Positions 1 through 11,807 of a DNA stretch of 64,000 nucleotides are shown one piece after another. The stretch comes from Macrostomum hystrix (lineage: Eukaryota; Animalia; Platyhelminthes): contig CATNEN010000012.1 in NCBI GenBank assembly GCA_950097015.1, forward strand, positions 868,001 through 932,000, read 5' to 3'. The position numbers were made by a program, and so were the translations under genes. The notes beneath the pieces were generated by a model. The model worked only from the letters and a program-made list of their open reading frames with translations. It was not told the origin of the DNA and did not search any database. Every line of letters starts with the position of its first letter. Position 1 is the first letter of the stretch.

Positions 1-346
1 GCATTATGTTTAGCTCATTGTTAGCATCATGTTTAGCTCATGATTAGCATTATGTTTAGCTCATTGTTAGCATCATGTTTAGCTCATGATTAGCATTATG
101 TTTAGCTCATTGTTAGCATCATGTTTAGCTCATGATTAGCATTATGTTTAGCTCATTGTTAGCATCATGTTTAGCTCATTGTTAGCATCATGTTTATGTT
201 TAGCTCATTGTTAGCATCATGTTTAGCTCATTGTTAGCATCATGTTTAGCTCATTGTTAGCATAATGTTTAGCTCATTATTAGCATAATGTTTAGCTCAT
301 TGTTAGCATAATGTTTAGCTCATTGTTAGCATCATGTTTAGCTCAT
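1..346. repeat. Minisatellite, 23-bp unit GCATYATGTTTAGCTCATTGTTA (intronic, truncated by window start)
   Basis: Direct tandem repetition with period 23; ends about 10 nt from the minus-strand GT donor at 358-357. Confidence 0.95.
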
Positions 347-358
347 GCTAAGCCTCAC

Positions 359-1753
359 CGGTGCTGCCGCGGCCAGCCGTGGGTCTGGCTGTGACGTCCT
401 TGATCTCCGATCCGCTGATGGGTACCAGCAGCTGCAGATGGCCGCCAGCCGAAGCATCTGCCAGAGCTTCGTCGAAGTACGGCAGTCTCGAGCACAGGCC
501 GCACGCGGCAGCTGGACCATCGGCACTGTCATCATCGCCGGGCACCAGCAGGATCGTCTGGTCGGCGGCCGCGGTGGCTCCGCAGAGCCGAGCGGCGACA
601 GTCTTGGCCGACGGCAGGGGGCGTTGAAAGTGAACGCATGGTGACACGCGCTGGTGCATGTCCTTGCCGAGGACCATGGCGCCCCGCTGCTGCTGCTTCT
701 GCCGACCCGGCTGAAAGGTTTTTATCAACACGAACCACTGAGACAATTGCATAGAAGCCCATCAAATTTTGAAGGCTAGAATTTTCCCACTTTTTTTAAA
801 TAAATATTTCTGAAATCTGAATCTGCCCGAATTTAAATCAGTCCACTTTCAGAAATCCCGAATTTAAATCAGTCCACTTTCAGAAATCCCGAATTTAAAT
901 CAGTCCACTTTGAGAAATCCCGAATTTAAATCAGTCCACTTTCAGAAATCCCGAATTTAAATCAGTCCACTTTCAGAAATCCCGAATTTAAATCAATCCA
1001 CTTTCAGAAATCCCGAATTTTTATCTGTCCGTTATCAGTAAATCCCGAATTTTTATCTGTCCGTTATCAGTAAATACCGAATTTTTTATCTGTCCGTTAT
1101 CAGTAAATACCGAATTTTTATCTGTCCGTTATCAGTAAATACCGAATTTTTATCTGTCCGTTATCAGTAAATACCGAATTTTTATCTGTCCGTTATCAGT
1201 AAATACCGAATTTTTATCTGTCCGTTATCGGTAAATCCCGACTTTTTTTTTCTGTCCGTTATCGGTAAATCCCGATTTTTTTTCTGTCCCTTATCGGTAT
1301 ATCCTGAATTTTGATCAGTCCGTTATCGGTAAATCCTGAATTCTAATCAATTCATTTTCGTAAATCCATGAATTCCTCATTCGAATTCAGAAAACAAAAC
1401 ATTTTGCAATTTGAATGAGCGTCGAATGCATCTAAACAAACTCACGTTTGGCCAACCGCTGCCAGTGCTGCCATTGTCCGACTTTCCGGGACCCAGGAAC
1501 AGCCGGTACATGACTGACGAGGACCTTCTATCGGGCCGAGGCAGAAGCTCGGACAGCGGCATGCGAACAAGGATGTGGCTCACAGCTTTCGAGCGGCTGC
1601 CGCACTGCGCCAGTAGATCCCGGCCGCGACTTCGCAGTCCCGAGAGCCGAATGTGCAAGTCGGCACCGACCCCAAACGTCGGCAACTGCAGGCGGCTGCT
1701 GTCCCAGTCCAGGCAGATGGTGCCCGGCTCGCACTGCAGCCCACAGGAGCCGT
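359..1753 (-). CDS. Two internal exons (1753-1446, 710-359) of an unidentified minus-strand gene
   Basis: Acceptor CCACAG / donor GTGAGT flank 1753-1446 (308 nt, phase 1 to 0). Acceptor TTTCAG / donor GTGAGG flank 710-359 (352 nt, phase 0 to 1). The exons join in frame without stops (...GSGWPN|PGRQKQQQRGAMVLGKD...) and are GC-rich. Confidence 0.7.
827..1378. repeat. Graded minisatellite, 31-32-bp unit (CCGAATTTAAATCAGTCCACTTTCAGAAATC changing to CCGAATTTTTATCTGTCCGTTATCAGTAAATA)
   Basis: Period 31 (CCGA at 827 and 858); unit sequence drifts progressively left to right; lies in the intron between the two exons above. Confidence 0.9.
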
Positions 1754-1804
1754 CTGTGGATAGGATTTCAATATTAGCATTGTGCCTCAATGAGCAGCAA
1801 TAAG

Positions 1805-2340
1805 CATCGTCTCACAATGAGCAGTCGTCAAGATACCATGTCACTCGGTGAGCAGCCGTCAAGATCCCGTATCCCACAATGAACAGCCGTCAAGATCCCA
1901 TGTACTTCTGAGAGCATCCGTCAAGATCCATGTCCCATATAATGAACAGCGTCAAGATCCATGTCCCATAATGAACAGCCGTCAAGATACCATGTCCCTA
2001 TGTGAGCAGCCGTCAAGATATCATTTACTTCTGTGAGCATCCGTCAAGATCCATGTCCCACAATGAACAGTCATCAAGATCCCATATACCTCTGTGAGCA
2101 GTCGTCAAGATCCCATATACCTCTGTGAGCAGTCGTCAAGATCCCATATACCTCTGTGAGCAGTCGTCAAGATCTTATATACCTCTTTGAGCAGTCGTCA
2201 AGATCCCATATACCTCTGTGAGCAGTCGTCAAGATCCGATATACCTCTGTGAGCAGTCGTCAAGATCCCATATACCTCTTTGAGCAGTCGTCAAGATCCC
2301 ATATACCCCTGTGAGCAGTCGTCAAGATCCTATGTCCCTA
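1805..2340. repeat. Minisatellite, 31-bp unit GAGCAGTCGTCAAGATCCCATATACCTCTGT
   Basis: Tandem units, degenerate on the left and homogeneous on the right. Confidence 0.9.
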
Positions 2341-3145
2341 TGAGTATCTGTCAGGATCATGTCCCTGCATTTTCTTCCTGGCAGTTTATGTGCTGGAATG
2401 CGGCACGAAGTACAGTACATGGATTGTAACATTGAACAAAGGAACTCGCAATACAGAAAAATGACCCAGAAAACTGCCGTGTGCGATATTAGCCTGTGAT
2501 GGGGTGGGCTGAGCAGGCAGTTTGAGAAGCTCGCTTGCCTGCAGCCTAAAGAGTCTTTAAAGCTTCCTGTTTCCAACTGCCATTTTCTCAACCTAAGCAT
2601 TATAATCTGCTAACTGCTTTCCTGTCAAATTTAGTAATATAAAGTCATTATTCCTTTTTTATGACCAGGCGGTTAAATATTTACTACTAATAATACTGAT
2701 TTATTCAAGCATAATACAGATTAACGAATGCATCCGGTCAGTTAGAAGAAGACCTTACAGGGTCTTTGATCTAGGAATAATTTCTAATCCTCATTCGAGT
2801 CAATTTAAATATCCAAAGGGCTTCTGTTGAACGAATAAACATGCTTTTGATGGAATTAACTGCTTGCCCTTTGCCATTTAATACAGAATACATTTGCCTA
2901 TTTGTTACTGTCTACCTGTAAATATTCGATTCGATATCAACAGGAATAGGGCCGCGTGCACTTGAGCACAGCATGATTATCATTTCTCAATCCGTCTCAT
3001 CCTTCTGAATCTCCTTTCCCCTCATTCTGTCGATCTTCTCAACTTCTCGCTGTCTTCTCTCTGCGTCTCTTCGTTTTTTCTCACCCCCCTTCCTTAATGA
3101 ATCACGCTATCTAGTATCCTATCCTATAGTGGAATCCCTATCCCT

Positions 3146-5080
3146 ACTTCACGATGTCTCCTTCCCCTCCCTCCTTCACGATGCCTCCTTCCCCTCCTTT
3201 ACGATGTCTCCTTCCCCTCCCTCCTTCACGATGTCTCCTTCGACTCCCCTCCTTCACGATGTCTCCTTCGACTCCCTCCTTCACGATGCCTCCTTCCCCT
3301 CCTTCACGATGTCTCCTTCCACTCCTTCACGATGTCTCCTTCCCCTCCTTCACGATGTCTCCTTCCACTCCCTCCTTCACGATGTCTCCTTCCCCTCCTT
3401 CACGATGTCTCCTTCCCCTCCTTCACGATGTCTCCTTCCCCTCCTTCACGATGCCTCCTTCCCCTCCTTTACGATGTCTCCTTCCCCTCCCTCCTTCAAG
3501 ATGTCTCCTTCCACTCTCTCCTTCACGATGTCTCCTTCCCCTCCTTCACGATGTCTCCTTCCACTCCTTCACGATGTCTTCTTCCCCTCCCTCCTTCACG
3601 ATGTCTCCTTCGACTCCCTCCTTCACGATGCCTCTTTCCCCTCCTTCACGATATCTCCTTCCACTCCTTCCGCTCCCTCCTTCACGATGTCTCCTTCCCC
3701 TCCCCTCCTTCACGATGTCTCCTTCGACTCCCTCCTTCACGATGCCTCCTTCCCCTCCTTCACGATGTCTCCTTCCCCTCCTTCACGATGTCTCCTTCCC
3801 CTCCTTCACGATGTCTCCTTCCCCTCCTTTACGATGTCTCCTTCCCCTCCCTCCTTCACGATGTCTCCTTCCCCTCCTTCACGATGCCTCCTTCCCCTCC
3901 TTTACGATGTCTCCTTCCCCTCCCTCCTTCACGATGTCTCCTTCCACTCCTTCACGATGTCTCCTTCCGCTCCCTCCTTCACGATGTCTCCTTCCCCTCC
4001 CCTCCTTCACGATGTCTCCTTCGACTCCCTCCTTCACGATGCCTCCTTCCCCTCCTTCACGATGTCTCCTTCCCCTCCTTCACGATGTCTCCTTCCCCTC
4101 CTTCACGATGCCTCCTTCCCCTCCTTTACGATGTCTCCTTCCCCTCCCTCCTTCACGATGTCTCCTTCCCCTCCTTCACGATGCCTCCTTCCCCTCCTTT
4201 ACGATGTCTCCTTCCCCTCCCTCCTTCACGATGTCTCCTTCCACTCCTTCACGATGTCTCCTTCGACTCCCTCCTTCACGATGCCTCCTTCCCCTCCTTC
4301 ACGATGTCTCCTTCCCCTCCTTCACGATGTCTCCTTCCACTCCTTCACGATGTCTCCTTCCCCTCCTTCACGATGTCTCCTTCCACTCCTTCACGATGTC
4401 TTCTTCCCCTCCCTCCTTCACGATGTCTCCTTCCCCTCCCCTCCTTCACGATGTCTCCTTCGACTCCCTCCTTCACGATGCCTCCTTCCACTCCTTCACG
4501 ATGTCTCCTTCCACTCCTTCACGATGTCTTCTTCCCCTCCCTCCTTCACGATGTCTCCTTCCCCTCCCCTCCTTCACGATGTCTCCTTCGACTCCCTCCT
4601 TCACGATGCCTCCTTCCCCTCCTTCACGATGTCTCCTTCCACTCCTTCACGATGTCTCCATCCCCTCCTTCACGATGTCTCCTTCCCCTCCTTTACGATG
4701 TCTCCTTCCCCTCCCTCCTTCACGATGTCTCCTTCGACTCCCTCCTTCACGATGCCTCCTTCCCCTCCTTTACGATGTCTCCTTCCACTCCTTCACGATG
4801 TCTCCATCCCCTCCTTCACGATGTCTCCTTCCCCTCCTTCACAATGTCTCCTTCCCCTCCTTCACGATGTCTCCTTCCCCTCCTTCACGATGCCTCCTTC
4901 GACTCCCTCCTTCACGATGTCTCCTTCCCCTCCTTCACGATGTCTCCTTCCCCTCCTTCAGGTCTCCTTCACCTCCTTCAGGTCTCCTTCCCCTCCCTTC
5001 AGGTCTCCTTCACCTCCTTCAGGTCTCCTTCCCCTCCCTTAGGCCTCCTTCCCCTTCTTCAGGCCTCCTTCCCCTCACTC
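3146..5080. repeat. Pyrimidine-rich minisatellite built on CCTTCACGATGTCTCCTTCCCCT (~23-27-bp variants)
   Basis: About 1.9 kb of tandem variants; the three 620-640-aa ORFs over it are repeat artefacts. Confidence 0.95.
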
Positions 5081-5759
5081 CTTGATGTCTCAGTCTCCTT
5101 CCCCACCTTTGCACTTTATTCCTCTCCTTTCTCCTACTTGCTGTCTTCTGCCCATCCCTCTCGCACTATTCTACTCCTCATTCTTACTGTCCTGTTGCCA
5201 GGCTAGTTTCGCAGTACTTCTCTTATTTTCCGTCTTCTTTCACATCAGTCTTATCATTTTGAGTCAATGTTGGCCATCTCTTATGACTTCTCACCAATTT
5301 TCCTACCCTCAATTGAAGACATCGTCATTGCCACTGATTTCTGTTCTACACTTCCGCTTACGTATGATCTCTTCCTGTCTGTCTAACAAATTTCCTATTT
5401 TATATGCTTTATTTTCTTTCAAGTTTAAGTTAAACTCAGAGCATCCTCTCGGTGAGCTAATGTGCCACTCTAGGTACGATATCACGTCTCGCACTTTTCT
5501 ATTCTTTAATCATCGCGCACCTGAGCGAACTATAGAGCCTGCTCAAAAATAAGAGCTCAAAAAAGAACGGATTACTAGCTAATTTAAGCTTGCCTGTCTG
5601 TCTGTCTCCTTTGACGCCCCTTCTAAACTGCCCTCTTAAACTGAAACATCCTCTCGTCTGGTTTTGCCTTTAGCGATTAGCATGCTACAATTATAGCCAG
5701 TATCCCAGATCTTAGGGAAATCTAATTTCAAGCTATTATGAATATTACTAATTACTTTA

Positions 5760-7079
5760 CGAGGGGTGGTTATTAAGTTCTCGGAACAAGTAATTTAGAA
5801 AGATGCTAGGGACACGAAATTTTACTATGTTGTAGGGATGGCTATTCAATGCTTGCATGCAAAATTTCAGCTCAATCGGCCATAATGATGCGCCGCAGTG
5901 GCCAAAGTTCCACAGAAAACATAATACCCCTGCCTCAGCTCACCGAACGTGACAGGCGGGTAGCCATTCTGGTGCAGTTTCGCCTGGGCAGCACTGCGGC
6001 TGCGTGTCACCAGACGCTTCGTGCGGCCCTTGAGGATCAAGCCCCGTCCCAGTCGATGGTGTACGAATGGTTTGCGCGCTTTCGCTGCGGCTCGGCCTCC
6101 CTGGACGACGAACCTCGCGAGGGTCGTCCAATTTCAGCCATCTCGGACGGAGTTGTCGCTGCTGTTCGACGCCACGTCGACGAGGATCGGCGAGTGACAA
6201 CTCGTTGGTTGGAGCAGCTCGTGGGGGTGTCGCATTCAACCATCATCAAGATTCTGCACCAACACCTGGGCATGCGGAAGCTGTCTGCTCGCTGGGTGCC
6301 CCACCAACTCAGTGCAGATCAGATGCGAGCCCGCGTTGAGTTCGCCGAGCTGATGCTGGCCAAGTTCAATGGGGGAGCTTCAAAATCGGTGGACAACATC
6401 CTCACTGCTGACGAAACTTGGGTCTATTTCTACGACCCCGAGACCAAAGAGCAGAGTCGTCAGTGGGTGACCAATGAGGAGGATGCCCCGCTGAAATTCC
6501 GCCGAGAACGCAGTGTCGGCAAAGTGATGGCGGCCATTTTCTTCCGTCGCTGCGGGATCCTGCCGCCCGTGCTGCTGGATCACGGTGCCACGGTGACCGC
6601 AGAATGGTACACCACAGTCTGCTTGCCGCAGGTTCTTCAAGCGCTTGCGCAGGAGCGGCCAAAGATGCATGAGAAGGGCATCTTCCTCCACCAGGACAAC
6701 GCTCCCGCTCACAGGGCAAGAATGACCCAGGAATTCCTGCAGGCAACACGGCTCGTCCAGCTGCCACATCCGGCATATTCGCCGGATCTCGCGCCTGCCG
6801 ACTTCTTCCTCTTTCCCAGGATGAAGAAGAACCTGAAGGGAAAGCGCTTTAATTCGAGGGAGGAGCTCGCGGTTGCCCTGCAGACTGAGCTGGACTGCTT
6901 CACCAAAGTTGACCTGAGGGGATGCTTTGATGCGTGGTTCCATCGCTTGCAGAAGTGCTTGGATCTGGATGGAAGCTATGTTGAGAAGTGCTAGTAGGAC
7001 GACCTTTCAGTGTGTGAAAACTCAGCCAAATCCGATAATTTTAAGGACACTTTTCCGAGAACTTAATAACCACCCCTCG
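5760..7079 (+). mobile_element. Full-length mariner (Tc1/mariner, DD34D) DNA transposon, irritans-like TIRs
   Basis: Perfect 27-bp TIRs CGAGGGGTGGTTATTAAGTTCTCGGAA (5760-5786, 7053-7079); TA target duplication at 5758-5759 and 7080-7081; length 1320 bp; one intact ORF. Confidence 0.97.
5849..6994 (+). CDS. Mariner transposase (381 aa from first Met)
   Basis: WVPHQL and YSPDLAP signature motifs; catalytic D (TADETW), D (HQDNAPAH) and D (LAPADF) with 34 residues between the 2nd and 3rd D; N-terminal HTH region. True start may be the MM at residues 13-14. Confidence 0.96.
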   Translation: MLACKISAQSAIMMRRSGQSSTENIIPLPQLTERDRRVAILVQFRLGSTAAACHQTLRAALEDQAPSQSMVYEWFARFRCGSASLDDEPREGRPISAISDGVVAAVRRHVDEDRRVTTRWLEQLVGVSHSTIIKILHQHLGMRKLSARWVPHQLSADQMRARVEFAELMLAKFNGGASKSVDNILTADETWVYFYDPETKEQSRQWVTNEEDAPLKFRRERSVGKVMAAIFFRRCGILPPVLLDHGATVTAEWYTTVCLPQVLQALAQERPKMHEKGIFLHQDNAPAHRARMTQEFLQATRLVQLPHPAYSPDLAPADFFLFPRMKKNLKGKRFNSREELAVALQTELDCFTKVDLRGCFDAWFHRLQKCLDLDGSYVEKC

Positions 7080-9518
7080 TAGCTCCGGTTTAGTTTAGTA
7101 AACCATGGAATCACGTGCTTCAAATTCTGCTTCTAAGCTCATAAACAAATGCATTCAGCACGCTTGTAAAAAAATTAAATTATAACAAAATCGTTTGAAT
7201 TAGTCACGTGGCTAGCAGACTAGTGATGAAAAGTGATAACTTTTAGAGTCTTGAAAATCGGAAATAGAAATCAAATAACCGCCTCTCTTTGAAGTTCTGT
7301 TGGGCGGCCTGTTGGGCCTAGCCTATTTAACACAGGAAATTTTAGTGGTGAAAAAACTGTAAAAAAACTAAAATACAAACGCACGAGTAAAAATGCAACC
7401 CCATTCAACCCTAGAGTGAATTTTCTCGAGGAAAGAAAGGCATTTAAAACGAAGGTTCGAAAGATTCGAACTAAAGTTGTCTCATACAATAATCTATCTA
7501 ATAATTATAAGGATTATTTTTCTAATTTAACTAGATGATGATGCAGTTAATCATTGGCATTAACACTAATATGTGATCAACTAAAACTTCACCTGTCCTC
7601 ACTGTCAGCTGAGCTCAAGCGCCGACGCAAGAACGTTAATATTTCGCGCCTTACAAATTACGAGCGTAATTACAGTAATAATTTTTTTCTTACCATCATT
7701 GTGAGGCACGCAATCCGACTGCAGAAACGTACCGATTAGTAAAATTGCTTTAAAGTACAAGTTGCAGTTGTACTTCTGCCGCTGAACCTGTTGTTTCATG
7801 CTTGCTGAACTGTTCTAAATAGTATATTTATATTTTAATATAAAAGTAAAATTAACTATATTCGCAATAAAGACACCTATCTACCGTTAAAAACATTAAT
7901 CTAGTCTAATTTCTAAGCACCTGCTTCTCTGTAGCTAAGTAACAAGCATTTATCTTCAACTGGCTGTAAAAAGCGTTTAACTATAAGGGGCGAAGCGAAA
8001 GATTTCAATTCTGTGACTAAAATTAATTTTAGGCCAAAGCCTGGAAAACAAAGTGGAAAAAGGGAAAGTGGGCGAATACAACAGAAGGGGAATGTGTAGC
8101 TTGTTTCTACTTGTTTCCTTCTTATTCCTTCTCTATATAAGTTTCCGCTAAACAAATTAGGGGCGGCTGGGTTTGGGGTGGGGGCTCTGTCTGGGCGCCT
8201 TTCACGTTTTCACACCCGCCAGCCCGTCCCCCTTCTCTTCCTTAGGCCCTGAAAACAGACGCAGGCGCTTATTCTCCGCACATTCTGGTCGTCGAATTGA
8301 AAACGCCAATCCAACCCACCCTCCACTGTGGGGGTGCGATCCGCAACTTGCGCGCTGTTGCGACTGTTTTGGACTGAGGGTGAGCAGGGGGGGCTTGCGG
8401 ATTTGCCTTTCCTAGGGCGGACTCCAAGGGTGGGGGCTCTCCATTTCCCAATTAACCCAACGCATTTAATTGAAACCCGCCACCCCACAGCGGGCCAATA
8501 AGACGGGGCTAAATTGAGCGCGGCAGTGTGATAGGGTAAAGAGGGGTCCATGCCCCCATCCGTCTGGTGAAAGGCGTTTTGTTTCGCTTGGACTCTGCGG
8601 GGCTTGAATTTGATACAAGCCTAAAATACTGAACGTAACGAACCCAAGGAACTGGCCACAGGAAGCCCCTGGACTGATTCGGTACTGCCCATCATTATAA
8701 ATAATTGTGTACCAGGACCATGCTTTGCAAGATCAAAAAACTAACGAATGCTCGAGTAGTTACAATACTAGCTAGCCCGCAGTACAATACCTCGAAAAGC
8801 GCAATTAGCCACACTATTCGTTCAATAAATCCAGACATTTTATTCCCTCTGCGCAAAGAGTAAACAAGCATTAAACTGCTGATTACTGACTATATGCTAG
8901 CCTCCAGGCCTAGGGTCTGAGCCAACTAACAAATAAACACTTTTGCCAGACGGACTGACACTGCACTGCTCGCGCTGCGCGCAATTCGCTTATCCAAATG
9001 GCGAGCCTGTGCCTCCGCTCCTATATCGTTTCTACTTTTACTTTTTTTCCTTTCAATTTGAATTCTGGCAAATATGCATGCTTGCGTGTGTAGTGCAGAC
9101 AGAGACACACAGACACACAGACTTCCTGCCTTGCCTTATAAGCTGTGTCCCAATACTCAGAACGGAATAGGACATAGGCCATATTCACTACACTGTCTGC
9201 AATAATACCCTTGCATTGCGGCTTTTACAGGGATATTGGAGAGTCTAAAAAACTAAAAAGGAAAGAAGAGGCAAAGGGGAGAGAAGAGAGAGAGAGAGAA
9301 GGCACAGCCGCCGCCGCCGCTAGCAGCAAGTTTAGTACTAGATTTTGGACATCACGCGAATTTTCAAGGCCATGCTTGTCTGTATGCTGCATGGCTTCTC
9401 TCAGTTGCAGAGTTGTGGCCACAATTCGCTATATTATAGCGACTTGAACGAACATTGCTAGCTAAGACTTTTTAGGAAATCATCAAAAGGACGACCGGTG
9501 CAAACCCATACATTTTAG

Positions 9519-11190
9519 ATGGATTCTTCAAACTCCACGACTCCCCACTGTCCGAAAGAGCAAGAAAAAGTACTAAAATATAAATATTTATAAATAGCTC
9601 TAACTACTGAGACTTCTCCGATGTTTCATCTCTCTCCTTGCCTGCTTTCATTCCCCCCTGCTTTCAGACACGACCAGCAGCAGAAGATGTGTCCGATTTC
9701 TGTATCAAGGACATCCAGAGGTTAAGAGGGCCATTTCAATGCGCTCCTTAAGCGGAATTAAATTCCCAGTTTTCCCTTTATTCAACCTGCGCAGATGCTT
9801 CGGAATCGAAATCCAAGCATTAATCATATATATTACGGCTAATTGCTGCAGTAAAGATTAGGGCAAAGTAGATTCGACAATAACTGGGGTAGTACATCCA
9901 CTGCATACATTTGTACATCTAACCAAGCCTCACAAAACTCGGAATTTTGATATCTGACATCTGACATCTGACATCTGACATCTGAGATTAGACAGCTGAC
10001 ATCAGCACGTGACACTGTCTGTCCTTCAGTTCAGACAGCTGGCATCAGCACCTGACACTGTCTGTCCTTCAGTTTAGACAGCTGACACCAGCACCTGACA
10101 CTGTCTGTCCTTCAGTTTAGGCAGCTGACATCAGCACCTGACACTGTCTGTCCTTCAGTTTAGACAGCTGACATCAGCACGTGACACTGTCTGTCCTTCA
10201 GTTTAGACAGCTGACATCAGCACCTGACACTGTCTGTCCTTCAGTTTAGACAGCTGGCATCAGCACCTGACACTGTCTGTCCTTCAGTTTAGACAGCTGA
10301 CATCAGCACCTGACACTGTCTGTCCTTCAGTTTAGACAGCTGACATCAGCGCGTGACACTGTCTGTCCTTCAGTTTAGACAGCTGACATCAGCACCTGAC
10401 ACTGTCTGTCCTTCAGTTTAGACAGCTGACATCAGCACCTGACACTGTCTGTCCTTCAGTTTAGACAGCTGACATCAGCACCTGACACTGTCTGTCCTTC
10501 AGTTTAGACAGCTGACATCAGCACCTGACACTGTCTGTCCTTCAGTTTAGACAGCTGACATCAGCACCTGACACTGTCTGTCCTTCAGTTTAGACAGCTG
10601 ACATCAGCACCTGACACTGTCTGTCCTTCAGTTTAGACAGCTGACATCAGCACGTGACACTGTCTGTCCTTCAGTTTAGACAGCTGACATCAGCACGTGA
10701 CACTGTCTGCCCTTCAGTTTAGACAGCTGACATCAGCACGTGACACTGTCTGTCCTTCAGTTTAGACAGCTGACATCAGCACCTGACACTGTCTGTCCTT
10801 CAGTTTAGACAGCTAACATCAGCACCTGACACTGTCTGTCCTTCAGTTTTAGACAGCTGACATCAGCACCTGACACTGTCTGTCCTTCAGTTTAGACAGC
10901 TGACATCAGCACCTGACACTGTCTGTCCTTCAGTTTAGACAGCCGACCTAGTTGTCACGGAAGCAAAAAAATCACGAGTCTTGAAAATCCCAGTTTCAGA
11001 TTTGTTGCTATGCTTGGTTGAGTAGTGCAGGCTGCAGACATTGTTGCTAGGCCAAAAAGGCATCCCTTTTTTCAAGCAGGATTGTTGAAGTACCAATTTT
11101 TTCAGCCGAAATAAGCCTTCCAGTCCTGTCGCCCCAGACTGCAGCGAGGACTGCGAAGTCGCGCGCAGAAGCACATTGAACTTCTGCTGA
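9519..11190 (+). CDS. Candidate small spliced ORF (62 aa; exons 9519-9569, 9668-9720, 11106-11190)
   Basis: Pyrimidine-rich AG acceptors precede all three segments; phases match (0, then 2). Translation: MDSSNSTTPHCPKEQEK-TRPAAEDVSDFCIKDIQ-S-RNKPSSPVAPDCSEDCEVARRSTLNFC*. Donors GTACTA and GTTAAG are weak and no family was recognised. Confidence 0.3.
9990..10943. repeat. Minisatellite, 43-bp unit GACAGCTGACATCAGCACCTGACACTGTCTGTCCTTCAGTTTA, preceded by (TCTGACA)n at ~9954-9985
   Basis: Period 43 (GACAG at 10206 and 10249); about 22 near-identical copies with no unique spacers. Confidence 0.95.
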
Positions 11191-11807
11191 CTGGGCTCTG
11201 TGTTGTAGCGACTATCGCAAGGTTCTAATCATTTATTCTCTATGCTTTTCACAATAACAATTGTAAAGTTTCATTTTTTTCGCGCCAACATTCTTTAAAC
11301 CATGGGCCCGGCCTTGGAGGTAGCCGTGTCTGTTTTGCTTTCCCAGGCGCTGCATATCAACACGGTGAGCAATTTAAGAATGTTACATTCAGGTCACATC
11401 GTTCCGTCGCTTTAGCTGTGAAAATTTTCTATATTTCATCGAAACTCCAGTACACAATTTAGTATTAGCATTTGTTTTCTTGATCTGAATTTTAAACAGG
11501 AGTTTTTCATCAAATAATTCTTGATGCTTTCAAGACTATTTTTAAATTTGGTCTATACTTTTTGCTCATAGTTGCTAAAAAAGATTTGGGATTCAATTTA
11601 TTCCGGGAACCATTCACATGCGTCCTCAATTTGTACCTTAAACGATTTGCTGAAGCTTTGTATAGTCGCATCTTCGATTGGGCATAAAAACTACAAAAAC
11701 AGCAAAAACTGTAACTATAAGAACTTCTTTCAGGCCGAAATTTCCACCCAACGAAATCCCCAAAAAAACTTTCCACAACGAGATTTACCTGCGAAAATTT
11801 AACCTCT

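Noticed and set aside
1805-2340. CRISPR-like appearance (constant GAGCAGYCGTCAAGAT plus variable part); also considered for the 43-, 36-, 35- and 38-bp arrays
   Set aside because: The variable parts are related to one another rather than unique spacers, there are no cas genes, and the context is eukaryotic and intronic.
2341-2600. Possible further exon of the minus-strand gene (LQASELLKLPAQPTPSQ...)
   Set aside because: No convincing donor in the phase needed to join the 1753 exon.
3129-5206. Three overlapping 620-640-aa ORFs on the + strand
   Set aside because: All three frames are open only because the CT-rich repeat lacks stop codons; no splice or compositional support.
5309-5494. 61-aa minus-strand ORF
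   Set aside because: AT-rich, no recognisable motif and no clear splice boundaries.
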